64,000 bases of DNA from assembly GCA_016874735.1 (NCBI GenBank), contig VGTI01000010.1, forward strand, positions 18,170 to 82,169, in the 5' to 3' direction. The position numbers and the translations under genes were made by a program. Below, piece after piece: positions 1 to 9,483 of this stretch (position 1 is its first letter; every line of letters begins with the position of its first letter). Below the pieces are notes generated by a model that was not told the origin of the DNA, made no database searches, and saw only the letters and a list, made by a program, of their open reading frames with translations. Source of the stretch: Deltaproteobacteria bacterium. Lineage in GTDB: Bacteria; Bdellovibrionota_B; Oligoflexia; Oligoflexales; CAIYRB01.

Positions 1-436
1 TGGCTTGTGCCTCAAGCGCATTGCGCAGGTCATTAGCCTTGTCAATCATGATGGCCATGAGTTGGTGACTATCTGGACTGCCGGCTACGTAGTCCCGACT
101 CATCGTGTCTTGCAACGAGTTCAGTTTGATCTTTAACTCGTCACGAAATTTGGAGTCGCTTTCAACCCGTAGTTTTTTTGCCGTGTCCGCAACGTCGTGT
201 GCATTTATCTCACCAAGCTGCTGTTCCGCATGATTCAACTGAGACGAAATAGTTTTCCATTGGAGCTCAAGGCCGATTTGCATGAGTTCGCCGAGTAGAG
301 TTTCAGCGATGGCAAGAGTTATTGGAAGCCCGACCATGGACCTAGGCTCAGAGGTGGAGGGATTCGTGCCACGGCAAGCTGTTAGCAAGGTGCATAGACC
401 AAGCATCGCGGTTCTTACGTCTTGTCGAGAAAACAT
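1..436 (-). CDS. Lipoprotein, partial (C-terminus runs off the left edge)
   Basis: My own translation of the minus strand from the ATG at 436 gives MFSRQDVRTAMLGLCTLLTACRGTNPS..., open to position 1. It has lipobox LLTAC and starts 21 nt after the stop of the LRR gene. It is absent from the ORF track because it is open-ended. Confidence 0.5.
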   Translation of the reverse strand, partial: MFSRQDVRTAMLGLCTLLTACRGTNPSTSEPRSMVGLPITLAIAETLLGELMQIGLELQWKTISSQLNHAEQQLGEINAHDVADTAKKLRVESDSKFRDELKIKLNSLQDTMSRDYVAGSPDSHQLMAIMIDKANDLRNALEAQA

Positions 437-456
437 CACAACGCTCCACTCAAAAT

Positions 457-1284
457 TCAATTGCGATCAAAAAATATGCTCTGACAGAAGCTCGTAACAG
501 CAAGACTCTCGCCGTGTATAGGACAGCCGCTACGGTTTATTGGGTTCTCGCGTAAATCTAAATAGTTAGTGTGATTCAATGCGGCAAGGTCGGCGAGAGG
601 GCGGATGTCAAATACGGCATTTTTGGCGATATGTAGTTGTTGGAGACCGACAATGGATGCGATGGGCGTTATGTCCTCGATGCCGTTTCCCTCAGCGTAG
701 AGAACTTTTAGGGACCTAGCATGGTGCAGTGGTTGTGCGGACCTGATTCTGTTCCGACTGACATCGAAGGACTGTAGGGACACCATGGAAATCAAGGCTG
801 AAATATCGCCAATATAATTTGACGATACGTTGAGGTCGAGCATTTCGGTCCATTTGTTGGGCGAGGGGAGCGCAGTCAATTTGTTGCTCGCTACGTAGAG
901 CCTCTTGAGTGAACTTAGACCCGCGATTGGCCTCAGATCTGTTATGAGATTCTGACTTAAATCAAGGGATGCCAGAGATGTCGCAAATTGCAGTGGTGTG
1001 ATGTCGGCGATATTGCGGTTCGCGAGATCGAGGTGTCGCGTCGTCATTAAGGATTGCAACATCGGCTCACATTCGTCTTTAGATAAAGATTTGTTTAGTA
1101 CGCGGATGGTGTGAGCCAAATCAGAATTAGGATTTAGCTGAAAATCGCGGCAAAAATCGGTCGGTAGCATGTTGCTCGACTGCGGGTTTACGACCTCGCC
1201 CACCGGGTGTGCTGCTTTGATGTGACACGATGCCAGCATAACACCAAGAACGAAGGATACGACTGACCTTAAGTTCGCCTTCAA
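457..1284 (-). CDS. Leucine-rich-repeat (internalin-like) lipoprotein
   Basis: About 8 tandem 22-aa LRRs are present (LDLSQNLITDLRPIAGLSSLKR / LYVASNKLTALP...). The N-terminus MKANLRSVVSFVLGVMLASC has a lipobox. The start is TTG with GGAG about 10 nt upstream. Confidence 0.8.
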   Translation of the reverse strand: MKANLRSVVSFVLGVMLASCHIKAAHPVGEVVNPQSSNMLPTDFCRDFQLNPNSDLAHTIRVLNKSLSKDECEPMLQSLMTTRHLDLANRNIADITPLQFATSLASLDLSQNLITDLRPIAGLSSLKRLYVASNKLTALPSPNKWTEMLDLNVSSNYIGDISALISMVSLQSFDVSRNRIRSAQPLHHARSLKVLYAEGNGIEDITPIASIVGLQQLHIAKNAVFDIRPLADLAALNHTNYLDLRENPINRSGCPIHGESLAVTSFCQSIFFDRN

Positions 1285-1558
1285 AGTTGCACGCTCCGCC
1301 AGCTGGTTTGTAAAGCGGTTGCCCTAGTTGACTTCCGCCTTACTTGGCCACATTGGTCCCCAACGGTCATCGGTGGAATCCGTCATTAGGCTTAAGTCCG
1401 AGCGGCAAAGAATTGCGATTGTTAGTATAAATTATCGGCCTAAGGTGGCGAAATTTAATTAAGAAAATATTGGTTCGTTAAGTTTTTTAGGGGTGCGTCC
1501 GAGGTATGTATGTCGATCCCCTGACCTGGCAGGGGCTAAGGTGCGAGGGCATGCACGA

Positions 1559-4500
1559 ATGACAACTCATCGACCACAGAAGGCTCACAAATGTAGCAGG
1601 CGCTGTCTGGACAGATTTAGCGCGGCTGTTAGCATTAGTCTGTTTAGTCTATTTAGTGTGTTGACTGGATGTTTCAACGCACCGACCGGCGGCGTACGTG
1701 GTGTGTTTGGCAAGATCAATTCTATGCTATCAGGAGCCACCAGTGCCGGCCCCGACCAGCAAGCAGTGTCAGGCACTCTCGCTATTGGCGAGACAATGAT
1801 TGCTGACCTGGCAATTTCGCTTCGCGAGCTGGGTCTTACCGAAGCGCAGATCGCTGGGGTCCAAGAGGCAGCCCGCACGGAGCTCAAGGCAGGTGTCGTA
1901 GCGATTCAAACTGGTAATTTAAACCTGAATGTGAACATGGTCGGTCTTCCGGTTGAATACGCAGCGCCCTCGGTCGTGCGTGGTGCCGTCGCCGGGCTGG
2001 CCTTACTTGGGGCAAGTGAAACCAGCCTCAAAACCAATGCAGTCCAGGCCATTGTAGGTACCTCGTTCAAAGCTCTCAGCGGCAACACAGACGGTCTTCC
2101 GGCCGCTACATTGGAAAATCTTGCGACTACGATGGCAGGAGGTGCGGTTTCGAAGTTGACGGAGGCGGGATTCGCAGCAGACGCGGTAGGTGATGCGACT
2201 AAATCGGTGACTGCCGGGAGTATTGCCAATCTCCAAGCCGCGGGCATTGCGACTGACGTCGTGGCAAGTGTTGCCAAAGCCGTCGTTACTGGGGCTGTAC
2301 AGCAGCTGGCCGCAATTAATCTCCCAGCCGAAAACGTGGCTGCAGCAGTCGCTGGAGCAACAGAAGGTGCGGTGGCCTCGATCACCGCGACTGGTCTAGA
2401 CGCGAGTGCCACTGTAACGCTCGCCGGATCACTTGCGGCGGCCAGTGTCGAATCGCTGAGCGTCTTTAAGAGTTTAGATCAGGCTACTCTAGTCGGCACG
2501 ATGAAAGAAATTTCAACGAGCGCCGTCGAAGCGCTGTCCGCGGCCAAAATTGAGAGCGCATACCTCGGACCAGCGGTGAAGTCTATTGCCGCTGCGAGCG
2601 TCGCTGCAGTGCAAACTGTCAGCGAACAATCCGGCCTCGGTAACACACTCGTTACGTCTGGCGCCGCGGCACTGGCTGCAGGCGCCATAACGGGCCTAAG
2701 CGCCGTGTCGAGTGATGCTGTCGTGTCAGCAGCGGCCACAGAGAGTATCATCGCCGGGACTATGGCGTCTTTGGCTAGTTCAGCAGCGCTGAGCAACGCC
2801 GAGAAGTCCACTGCCGTGACCAACGTAGTTGGCAAATCTGTGGAGGCTTTGGCTAACCTTGGTTCAGAGTCGACCAAGACGAGCGTCATGGGGTCTGTGA
2901 TCAGCTCCACTATGGCCAACCTCGGCAGTCTCGGCATCGCCCAGGACGCACAGTCTAGCGCTGATACACTGAAGGCGATTACGACTAGCGCAACTTCAGC
3001 TCTTGCCACCGCAGGGTTTAGTGGCGACGCCCTGTCGACAGCTTCACAAAAGGTAGTTTCGAGTGCGGTAAAGGGTATCGACTCGCTAAACGTGAGTGGT
3101 GCCAGCAATATAGCTAACCTAGTGAGCAACGTGATGAGTGGCGTCACGGCCGGACTAACAGCATTAACGTCTGCAGGCAAAGCCGACGAGAATGCTGCTG
3201 TCGCCGCGATCAATAGCTCGTCTCAAGCGGCTGCCGCGACAGTTGGTAGCCTGCAGGCCACAAGCACATTCAGTGCAAGTGAGCTCGCTGCTGTTAATGC
3301 CCAGGTTGCTGCCGTGGTACCTCCGACAGTCAAGTACTCCGTGAGCGAGCTAACCCTGCCGATCAATGCGGTGATGTCCACATTGGTCCCGACAAAAACG
3401 GGGACATTTACCAACTGCTCTGTCAGCCCACCACTTCCATACGGCCTGGTGCTGTCGCAGGACTGTACTCTATCCGGCACACCATTAGCTCTTGCGCCGG
3501 CGCAGAAATATACCATGACCCCCAGCGGTGGTTTGCCTGCGGCCATCACCATCAAAGTGATCTCAGATGCACCCTCGGTAGCCTATGCGCAGACCGATTA
3601 TGAATTTCTAGGTGAGGCCGCACCCTTTACGGTAGTCCCCCAAATTCTCGGAGGCGCCTTTGATTCGTGTGCCTCCAGCCAACCGATGCCGCCTGGCATT
3701 ACACTCGGTCCGAATTGCTCCATCTCTGGGACCATCGACTTCGCTCAGGCTAGTGACTTCCATCCTCAGGGCCTGAGCGTTCTCAATTTGGACGGTACCC
3801 CTGCGATGCCGTCAGTGGGCGGAGACGACGGACCAAAGTATGGCTTTAAGTACAGGTTGCCCTACGTCATCACCCCTAAAAAGGGCGCTGCTCTCGGTAC
3901 TCCCGTCAATATCACATTGACCTTAGTGCCCGCGTTTTCCATTTACGACAGTCCCGAGTACCGCTACGACGGGATTACGGGGGCTCCCAAAAGCGTTAGT
4001 ATCAAGACAGTTGCCACGTTGCCGCCAGGCGCAGTCTGCTCTGTGTCTCCCTCTCTGCCTGCCAGTCTCCAGTTAAATACTTCAACCTGCGAGATCAGCG
4101 GTTCCTTGGCAGCCAATACCACCGCCACCAAATATGCTGTTGATGTCAAAGTTGGTGGCGTATCGCAAAGCACATCTAAAGTGCTGATCGGAGCAAATTT
4201 TTATACCTATGCTTTCGATTACCAGAATGGACAGCACGGCCTTTTCATTGTGGGGCAGTATCAAGATATGGTCCCGGATTATCACGGGAGTCCCCAACCC
4301 TCGACCTGCGTTAAGGTTGGCGAGTTACCGGCCGAGCTGACTTTAGCCAGTGACTGTAAAATTTCGGGGACCATTACGGCACCGTTTTCTGCTCGTGAAC
4401 TCACCGTTTATCCAGGTTCTGCTGCGATCGGCAAGCCAGTTAAAGTCTATTTGAGTTCCATGTTTGGCATCAACCTGACGGAAAGCGTTACGAACAGCAG

Positions 4501-7500
4501 CGTGTCGCTATCTTGGTCGCCGGTTGAGGGTGCCACGGGCTACATAGTTTTGGCTCATCAGGGATCCAACGTGCGCACCTTTCCGCAAAATGGTGAACAA
4601 GTCACGGCGGCAACACTACGGGACCCAGCCGATATCATCGTTGCAACGGTAAATGCTAGCGGAACTACGTTGTCCGTGACTCATGGTGGCTTGACCCAAG
4701 GATCAAACTACAACTACCAAGTCATGGCCTATGATGCGTCTTACAATTATATTGCCGTAGGTTGGCGTCATATGGTGAATGTGGGTATTCCCACGGTTTT
4801 TGGCTATTATCAGCCAAGAGAACTGAGACTCAATGTCGGTGAGACGGTTAACAAACAGCCTGTGTTCTTCTCGGCTACCACGCTGAGTGGTTGTACATCA
4901 TCCCCACTGCTTCCAACGGGCCTGACTCTACAGAACGACTGCAAAATCACCGGTGCTGCGACGGTACCGTCAGGCTTGCGCAATTACACGATCACACCAA
5001 CAGGTGCAGGCAACTATACGCCGCTCGATCTCGTGCTCAGCGTGGACGGTCCCCTAAGCATTACCGCGACATCCACGACCTCAACGGCAGTAAGCATATC
5101 GTGGCCGGCTGCTGATGGAGCTGACGGTTACGTGGTTCTTGCGCGCAAAGATGGCCCTGTGCAGACGAATTTGAGTGACTTTAGTTCCATCACACCTGCG
5201 CCGACTACTGCGGCTGGCGATATCCACGTCGGTAATCCGGTCACCAATAGTGTCACTCACACGGGTCTAACACTTGGCGACAACTACTCCTATAAAGTTT
5301 ATGCCTACCGGACCATCTACGGGCAGCCTGACTTCTTTGCGGGTGGCACCACTGGCCAAGTCACAGTGGGATCCACGCCTGGGGCCACGATTGGTTATGG
5401 CAATCGCATGCGGTCCTACAGCGTCGGGCAGTCCGTAAACTTAACGCCTACAGTGACAGGTGGTTCTATCGCAAGCTGCGCGTTTAATGGAACTCTTCCA
5501 GATGGATTGAGTTTCAATACCACTACTTGTGCGATTACCGGTACAGCCTCCAAGGCCAAAGGACTCACCACATACACGATCACTCCCACGCTATCTGCGG
5601 GGAATCATCCACCGATTGAGCTAGCAATCCGCGTGTGGGAAAACTTAACTGTGACCACCGATGATAGTCAAGATGAGCGTATTGTTGTGAACGTAGCAAG
5701 CACGTTTACCGGCAGCCTCGAATACATGTATCTCGTGAGTGAAAATCCACCGTCCACCGAGATGCCGTCAGACTTTGACAATATCGCCCCTGGTCAAGAC
5801 ACCAAGTGGGGACATGTCCATAGGATTAGTGACTCCAATTCTTTCGTCCACGAACAAGCCGAGTTTACCAAGCAGTACTTCTACACGGTGCTCGTCAGGA
5901 CGCAAGGTTTAGTCGGATCGGGGTACCTATCGAAGGGGAGCACAACCGCGCAACGGATTCGCAGCCATTTTGCTGGCCTGCAAGACCTGTTTTTGACAGC
6001 GCCTTACTCTGGACACGCATCTGGGACTTCCGCCGTGGCGTACAGTATCCAACCCCACAAAGAATCGGCTAACGCTCAGTTGTCATATTTTAATTCTTAT
6101 ACGGGAATCGGTACAAGTTATGCCGCCTTCAATCTCAATGAGTCGGGTCGATCCTTTTATGAAAACACCCAGGCTGCCGACTTCATAACCGACACCTTAT
6201 TTAGTATCGCGGTCCGCATTAAAGCGCTTATCGGTCCGTCCGAAGCCAGCTACAGCGTGCGAGATGCTTCCCTTAATGTGGGCGTTTCGACTCACCATAA
6301 GATTTTAGGACGCAATAGATTTATTGGCGAAGAACTAGAAAAAATCCATATCGGCGCGCCTACTGCAGTGACGTCCGATAGATTTGGTAACACCATTTTC
6401 GCCTCTAGCGACGGTACCGTGAATGTCTGGTGTCAAGACACTTCAGAGGTGCCTTATTGCCGTGGTCGGATGGTCAAGCGGGTCTATACATTAGCGGGAG
6501 CAGACGGGAAAATGATTCCGGGTAACTCAACCGCTTGGCGCCCTCAGGCACCTTGGAATCCATGGCAAGCGATCGGTGAGGTTAGTGCTCTTTACGTCGA
6601 TCAGTATTACAACATCTACATCGCTGACAGTGGCTACCACCAAATTCTAGCGGTGTGTAACGTTGTGATACCTGGAGCTGGCGTGTGTGTCAATCAGGCC
6701 AAAGGGTCCTTGGTCTTAGTGGCCGGCAATGGTAGCAGCGGTGTGCCTACACTTGATGTTGAGGCAACAGCGACCCCTATCGGGGATGTTACGCAGCTGG
6801 CTGTGGATTTTAACGGCAACGTCATATTTGCGCAGGCGGGGCAGCCCAGGGTCTTTGTTAGGTGCCAAGGCACCATGGGGCCTGTGTGTAGTCAAACTGG
6901 ACGATCAGGCGGACGCATTTACGGGTTAGCAGGCACCGGCACCGTCGGTGACTCCGTCAGCTCCGCATCTCAGGGGACTCCTGCAGAAACGGCACCTATC
7001 GGTAACGTCGCCGGCCTAGCCGTAGGTGAGGGTGATGCTATCTATATCGGAGACACCTCGTACTTCAAGTTGCTCGTGGTCTGCGGCTCAGGTAATTGGT
7101 ATGCCACCGGACATCCCTGCGTGGGTAAAGGGCCTGGAACCCTACTTAAATTTGCTGGCGACGGCACTGCGACTGGTGCTGGTGCGGTAGGGAAACCAGA
7201 GTACCTCTACTTTGACCGCGGCAATAATCTCTACGTTTACGATTCCTTAAACAAGTCGTTGCGTGCGGTTTGCCAGTCTACCTATGCGAGCGAATCCTGC
7301 AAAAACAAAGCGACATTCTCCATTGCACCAGTTGGTCTCAGTGGTGATGGAGACAGCGCAAATGGTGTCGACATCGCTGCGACCCAAGTTGGAACCATAG
7401 CCGGGATGGCCGTAGATAATAGTGGCAACGTCATACTGGCTGATAAGCAACGGCAAAAACTGCGGGCACTATGTTTTGATTCGAGTAGGGCGTGCGATGC

Positions 7501-8749
7501 CAAGACGAGCTTTAAGTCCTATGTGCTTGCTGGGTCTGGCATGATGGCCCCGATGGACCAACCATCTGAGCGTGGTATCAATACGCCGCTATACAGCCGT
7601 CAATTCTCAACGGCAGTCGATAGTAATGGTAATTTGTTTATTGGTGATCCCGAAAGGCGACGGATCTATGTGCAGTGTCTCCGTAATGATGTTGCGCCGT
7701 GCATAGGTGCGCCTCGAGGTCATCGCATGCTTTTTGCTGGGTCCGGTGCTCTGGCAGCGAGTTTCCAAGGTGACGGGACCACCCGCGCATCAGCCAATTT
7801 GCCACCGATGACTTCGCTCGCCTTCGAGCCAGGCGGTAACCTACTCGTTGCTACGGGCGGTAGTAGCTATGTTTACATCATCTGCACGGCAACGGGGGGT
7901 GTCCATTGCACGGCAGCAAACACTCAGGATACCGTTTACCGCTTAATTGGTAATGGGTCGACCACGGGACTTGCCAGTAGTTCTGGTGATATCAGTGGCT
8001 CTTTGGCGAGTTCAGTAGGTAAACCGGGCCCGCTAGTCACAGATACCAACGGCAACGTGTTCGTCTACGACATTCAGAATAATAAGGTATACCTCGCATG
8101 TTTCAACACTAACGGAGCCTGTGGCGGTGGACGCAGCAGCGGGACCCTTTATCACGTTGCAGGGACAGGGATAGTTGACGACGGCACCGACGGCACAGCA
8201 ACTAACGTTGCCATCGGAAAAATCTCGCAAATGGCGCGACTACCTGACGGCAATTTAGTACTCGCAGATCACGGGGCCAACCGCATTAGGTTGCTGTGTC
8301 TGAATGACACTGGCAATTGCTCGGGCTCAACCGCAGGCTCGCTCTATCGGTGGGCCGGTTCGGGAGGTTCGGACACCAATCTAGGCGATAACACCACCAA
8401 GAATAGCGTAGACCTGGGGAAACCTAGCGGCATTGCCGTAACTAACTCCGGTGATGTCCTGGTACAAACAGCACTCAACCCGCGCATTTGGGTGATATGC
8501 AATCAGACGGCCTACGCTCCGTGTAGCAATAGTAGGGCCCTTGGCCACGCCTACTGGCTAGCCGGAACTGGCGCAGGTGGTAACGGCCCATCCAACACTT
8601 GGGCGCTCGGTACCCCTATTGGCCCATTGGCACCAGCTGACGCTGAATTTGAATTTGGCCGTCTTGCTATTGATCCTTGGTCCGGACATGTTTATTCCAA
8701 TGATGGCGATGCACGAGCCGTCAGACTGTTTACCGGTCTTGGGCGGTAG
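1559..8749 (+). CDS. Giant surface lipoprotein: Ala-rich repeats + 6 He_PIG-like Ig domains + FN3 + NHL-like Cys-loop beta-propeller
   Basis: The 2418-aa ORF runs 1493..8749. I prefer the ATG at 1559 (MTTHRPQK...) because it gives a signal peptide with lipobox VLTGC. It has six C.(V)SP.LP.GL.L...C.I(S/T)G motifs and two FN3-like S(L/I)SW...GA.GY segments. Its C-terminal 800 aa consist of GN(V/L)(I/F/Y)..D blades. Confidence 0.85.
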   Translation: MTTHRPQKAHKCSRRCLDRFSAAVSISLFSLFSVLTGCFNAPTGGVRGVFGKINSMLSGATSAGPDQQAVSGTLAIGETMIADLAISLRELGLTEAQIAGVQEAARTELKAGVVAIQTGNLNLNVNMVGLPVEYAAPSVVRGAVAGLALLGASETSLKTNAVQAIVGTSFKALSGNTDGLPAATLENLATTMAGGAVSKLTEAGFAADAVGDATKSVTAGSIANLQAAGIATDVVASVAKAVVTGAVQQLAAINLPAENVAAAVAGATEGAVASITATGLDASATVTLAGSLAAASVESLSVFKSLDQATLVGTMKEISTSAVEALSAAKIESAYLGPAVKSIAAASVAAVQTVSEQSGLGNTLVTSGAAALAAGAITGLSAVSSDAVVSAAATESIIAGTMASLASSAALSNAEKSTAVTNVVGKSVEALANLGSESTKTSVMGSVISSTMANLGSLGIAQDAQSSADTLKAITTSATSALATAGFSGDALSTASQKVVSSAVKGIDSLNVSGASNIANLVSNVMSGVTAGLTALTSAGKADENAAVAAINSSSQAAAATVGSLQATSTFSASELAAVNAQVAAVVPPTVKYSVSELTLPINAVMSTLVPTKTGTFTNCSVSPPLPYGLVLSQDCTLSGTPLALAPAQKYTMTPSGGLPAAITIKVISDAPSVAYAQTDYEFLGEAAPFTVVPQILGGAFDSCASSQPMPPGITLGPNCSISGTIDFAQASDFHPQGLSVLNLDGTPAMPSVGGDDGPKYGFKYRLPYVITPKKGAALGTPVNITLTLVPAFSIYDSPEYRYDGITGAPKSVSIKTVATLPPGAVCSVSPSLPASLQLNTSTCEISGSLAANTTATKYAVDVKVGGVSQSTSKVLIGANFYTYAFDYQNGQHGLFIVGQYQDMVPDYHGSPQPSTCVKVGELPAELTLASDCKISGTITAPFSARELTVYPGSAAIGKPVKVYLSSMFGINLTESVTNSSVSLSWSPVEGATGYIVLAHQGSNVRTFPQNGEQVTAATLRDPADIIVATVNASGTTLSVTHGGLTQGSNYNYQVMAYDASYNYIAVGWRHMVNVGIPTVFGYYQPRELRLNVGETVNKQPVFFSATTLSGCTSSPLLPTGLTLQNDCKITGAATVPSGLRNYTITPTGAGNYTPLDLVLSVDGPLSITATSTTSTAVSISWPAADGADGYVVLARKDGPVQTNLSDFSSITPAPTTAAGDIHVGNPVTNSVTHTGLTLGDNYSYKVYAYRTIYGQPDFFAGGTTGQVTVGSTPGATIGYGNRMRSYSVGQSVNLTPTVTGGSIASCAFNGTLPDGLSFNTTTCAITGTASKAKGLTTYTITPTLSAGNHPPIELAIRVWENLTVTTDDSQDERIVVNVASTFTGSLEYMYLVSENPPSTEMPSDFDNIAPGQDTKWGHVHRISDSNSFVHEQAEFTKQYFYTVLVRTQGLVGSGYLSKGSTTAQRIRSHFAGLQDLFLTAPYSGHASGTSAVAYSIQPHKESANAQLSYFNSYTGIGTSYAAFNLNESGRSFYENTQAADFITDTLFSIAVRIKALIGPSEASYSVRDASLNVGVSTHHKILGRNRFIGEELEKIHIGAPTAVTSDRFGNTIFASSDGTVNVWCQDTSEVPYCRGRMVKRVYTLAGADGKMIPGNSTAWRPQAPWNPWQAIGEVSALYVDQYYNIYIADSGYHQILAVCNVVIPGAGVCVNQAKGSLVLVAGNGSSGVPTLDVEATATPIGDVTQLAVDFNGNVIFAQAGQPRVFVRCQGTMGPVCSQTGRSGGRIYGLAGTGTVGDSVSSASQGTPAETAPIGNVAGLAVGEGDAIYIGDTSYFKLLVVCGSGNWYATGHPCVGKGPGTLLKFAGDGTATGAGAVGKPEYLYFDRGNNLYVYDSLNKSLRAVCQSTYASESCKNKATFSIAPVGLSGDGDSANGVDIAATQVGTIAGMAVDNSGNVILADKQRQKLRALCFDSSRACDAKTSFKSYVLAGSGMMAPMDQPSERGINTPLYSRQFSTAVDSNGNLFIGDPERRRIYVQCLRNDVAPCIGAPRGHRMLFAGSGALAASFQGDGTTRASANLPPMTSLAFEPGGNLLVATGGSSYVYIICTATGGVHCTAANTQDTVYRLIGNGSTTGLASSSGDISGSLASSVGKPGPLVTDTNGNVFVYDIQNNKVYLACFNTNGACGGGRSSGTLYHVAGTGIVDDGTDGTATNVAIGKISQMARLPDGNLVLADHGANRIRLLCLNDTGNCSGSTAGSLYRWAGSGGSDTNLGDNTTKNSVDLGKPSGIAVTNSGDVLVQTALNPRIWVICNQTAYAPCSNSRALGHAYWLAGTGAGGNGPSNTWALGTPIGPLAPADAEFEFGRLAIDPWSGHVYSNDGDARAVRLFTGLGR

Positions 8750-9413
8750 TGAAGTCAATCTTGACCCGCGCTAGCTTGTCCCCATTTATGGCCAGCTGCG
8801 CGGGACCTTCATAAGCCGTCATGACCGGCTCGGGGCCGTCGACAAAAGTAAATGTGATGGTCGGCGCGAACTGTCGAATGAGCCAGTTACGCGCCTCCGC
8901 TTGCACCTTGATCGTGTGCGGGGCGCTGCCAAATTGCGGTGTCAACTTAAAGCCAATGGCCTCTAGCCGAAATGGTACGTAGAGACTGAAATCGATCGAT
9001 GCCCCAGATTTAATCTGGTCCCAATGCTTGACGATAAACACGGGTAAGGCATTGCCGGCAAAAGTGGTCTCACCCCAATCGATCTCTTTAGTACTCTGCT
9101 CCTCACTGGCATCCGGGCGATAGATGACCTTAGCCTTGCGTCCGATGACTTTGACCTCACTAAACTCACCAGTGAGAAAGTTCTCGCACTGGTAGCTCAC
9201 AGTGGTCAAAAGTTTAGGCACGTAGGTCCAAGTCTCAACGCCGGCCAAACGCGTCCCCTGAACATATCTCGTGGTCATGCTACCGATGCCATCAATCAGT
9301 CCTGAGCGTGCTTGCGCCTCATAGGCAGGCGTGCTCTCACCGGGTCGTGTCATCGCATATTTTACTGCGGCGCCCTCAACCCCAACTACGGCTCTTGCAA
9401 CCTGCATCCCCAT
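8730..9413 (-). CDS. Hypothetical protein
   Basis: I trimmed the ORF to the ATG at 9413 (MGMQVARAV...), which has GAGGAG 6 nt upstream. The longer form would overlap the MFS gene. I recognised no motif. Confidence 0.6.
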   Translation of the reverse strand: MGMQVARAVVGVEGAAVKYAMTRPGESTPAYEAQARSGLIDGIGSMTTRYVQGTRLAGVETWTYVPKLLTTVSYQCENFLTGEFSEVKVIGRKAKVIYRPDASEEQSTKEIDWGETTFAGNALPVFIVKHWDQIKSGASIDFSLYVPFRLEAIGFKLTPQFGSAPHTIKVQAEARNWLIRQFAPTITFTFVDGPEPVMTAYEGPAQLAINGDKLARVKIDFTTAQDR

Positions 9414-9483
9414 TGCTGCTCCTCTGCGTCTGCACCGCTCACTACTAGTTTGGTTATAGCGTAAATCACCGCTAACCGCGAGC

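Noticed and set aside
282-497. A 71-aa plus-strand ORF.
   Set aside because: It overlaps, in antisense, the start of the lipobox protein (1..436) and the end of the LRR gene. It has no RBS and no recognisable features.
1585-3555. Several long minus-strand ORFs lie inside the giant gene (1585..1887, 1906..2412, 2479..3213, 3223..3555).
   Set aside because: They are antisense to the Ala/Ser/Val-rich repeat region. GCN-rich coding sequence lacks stops on the opposite strand. Their products are low-complexity Ala/Ser/Thr/Val-rich strings without start context.
8730-8749. A 20-nt overlap of the convergent 3' ends of the giant gene and the 227-aa gene. A similar 4-nt convergent overlap occurs at 25787..25790.
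   Set aside because: The overlap is real in the sequence, but such overlaps are common in compact genomes. There is no structure or repeat to suggest a special function.
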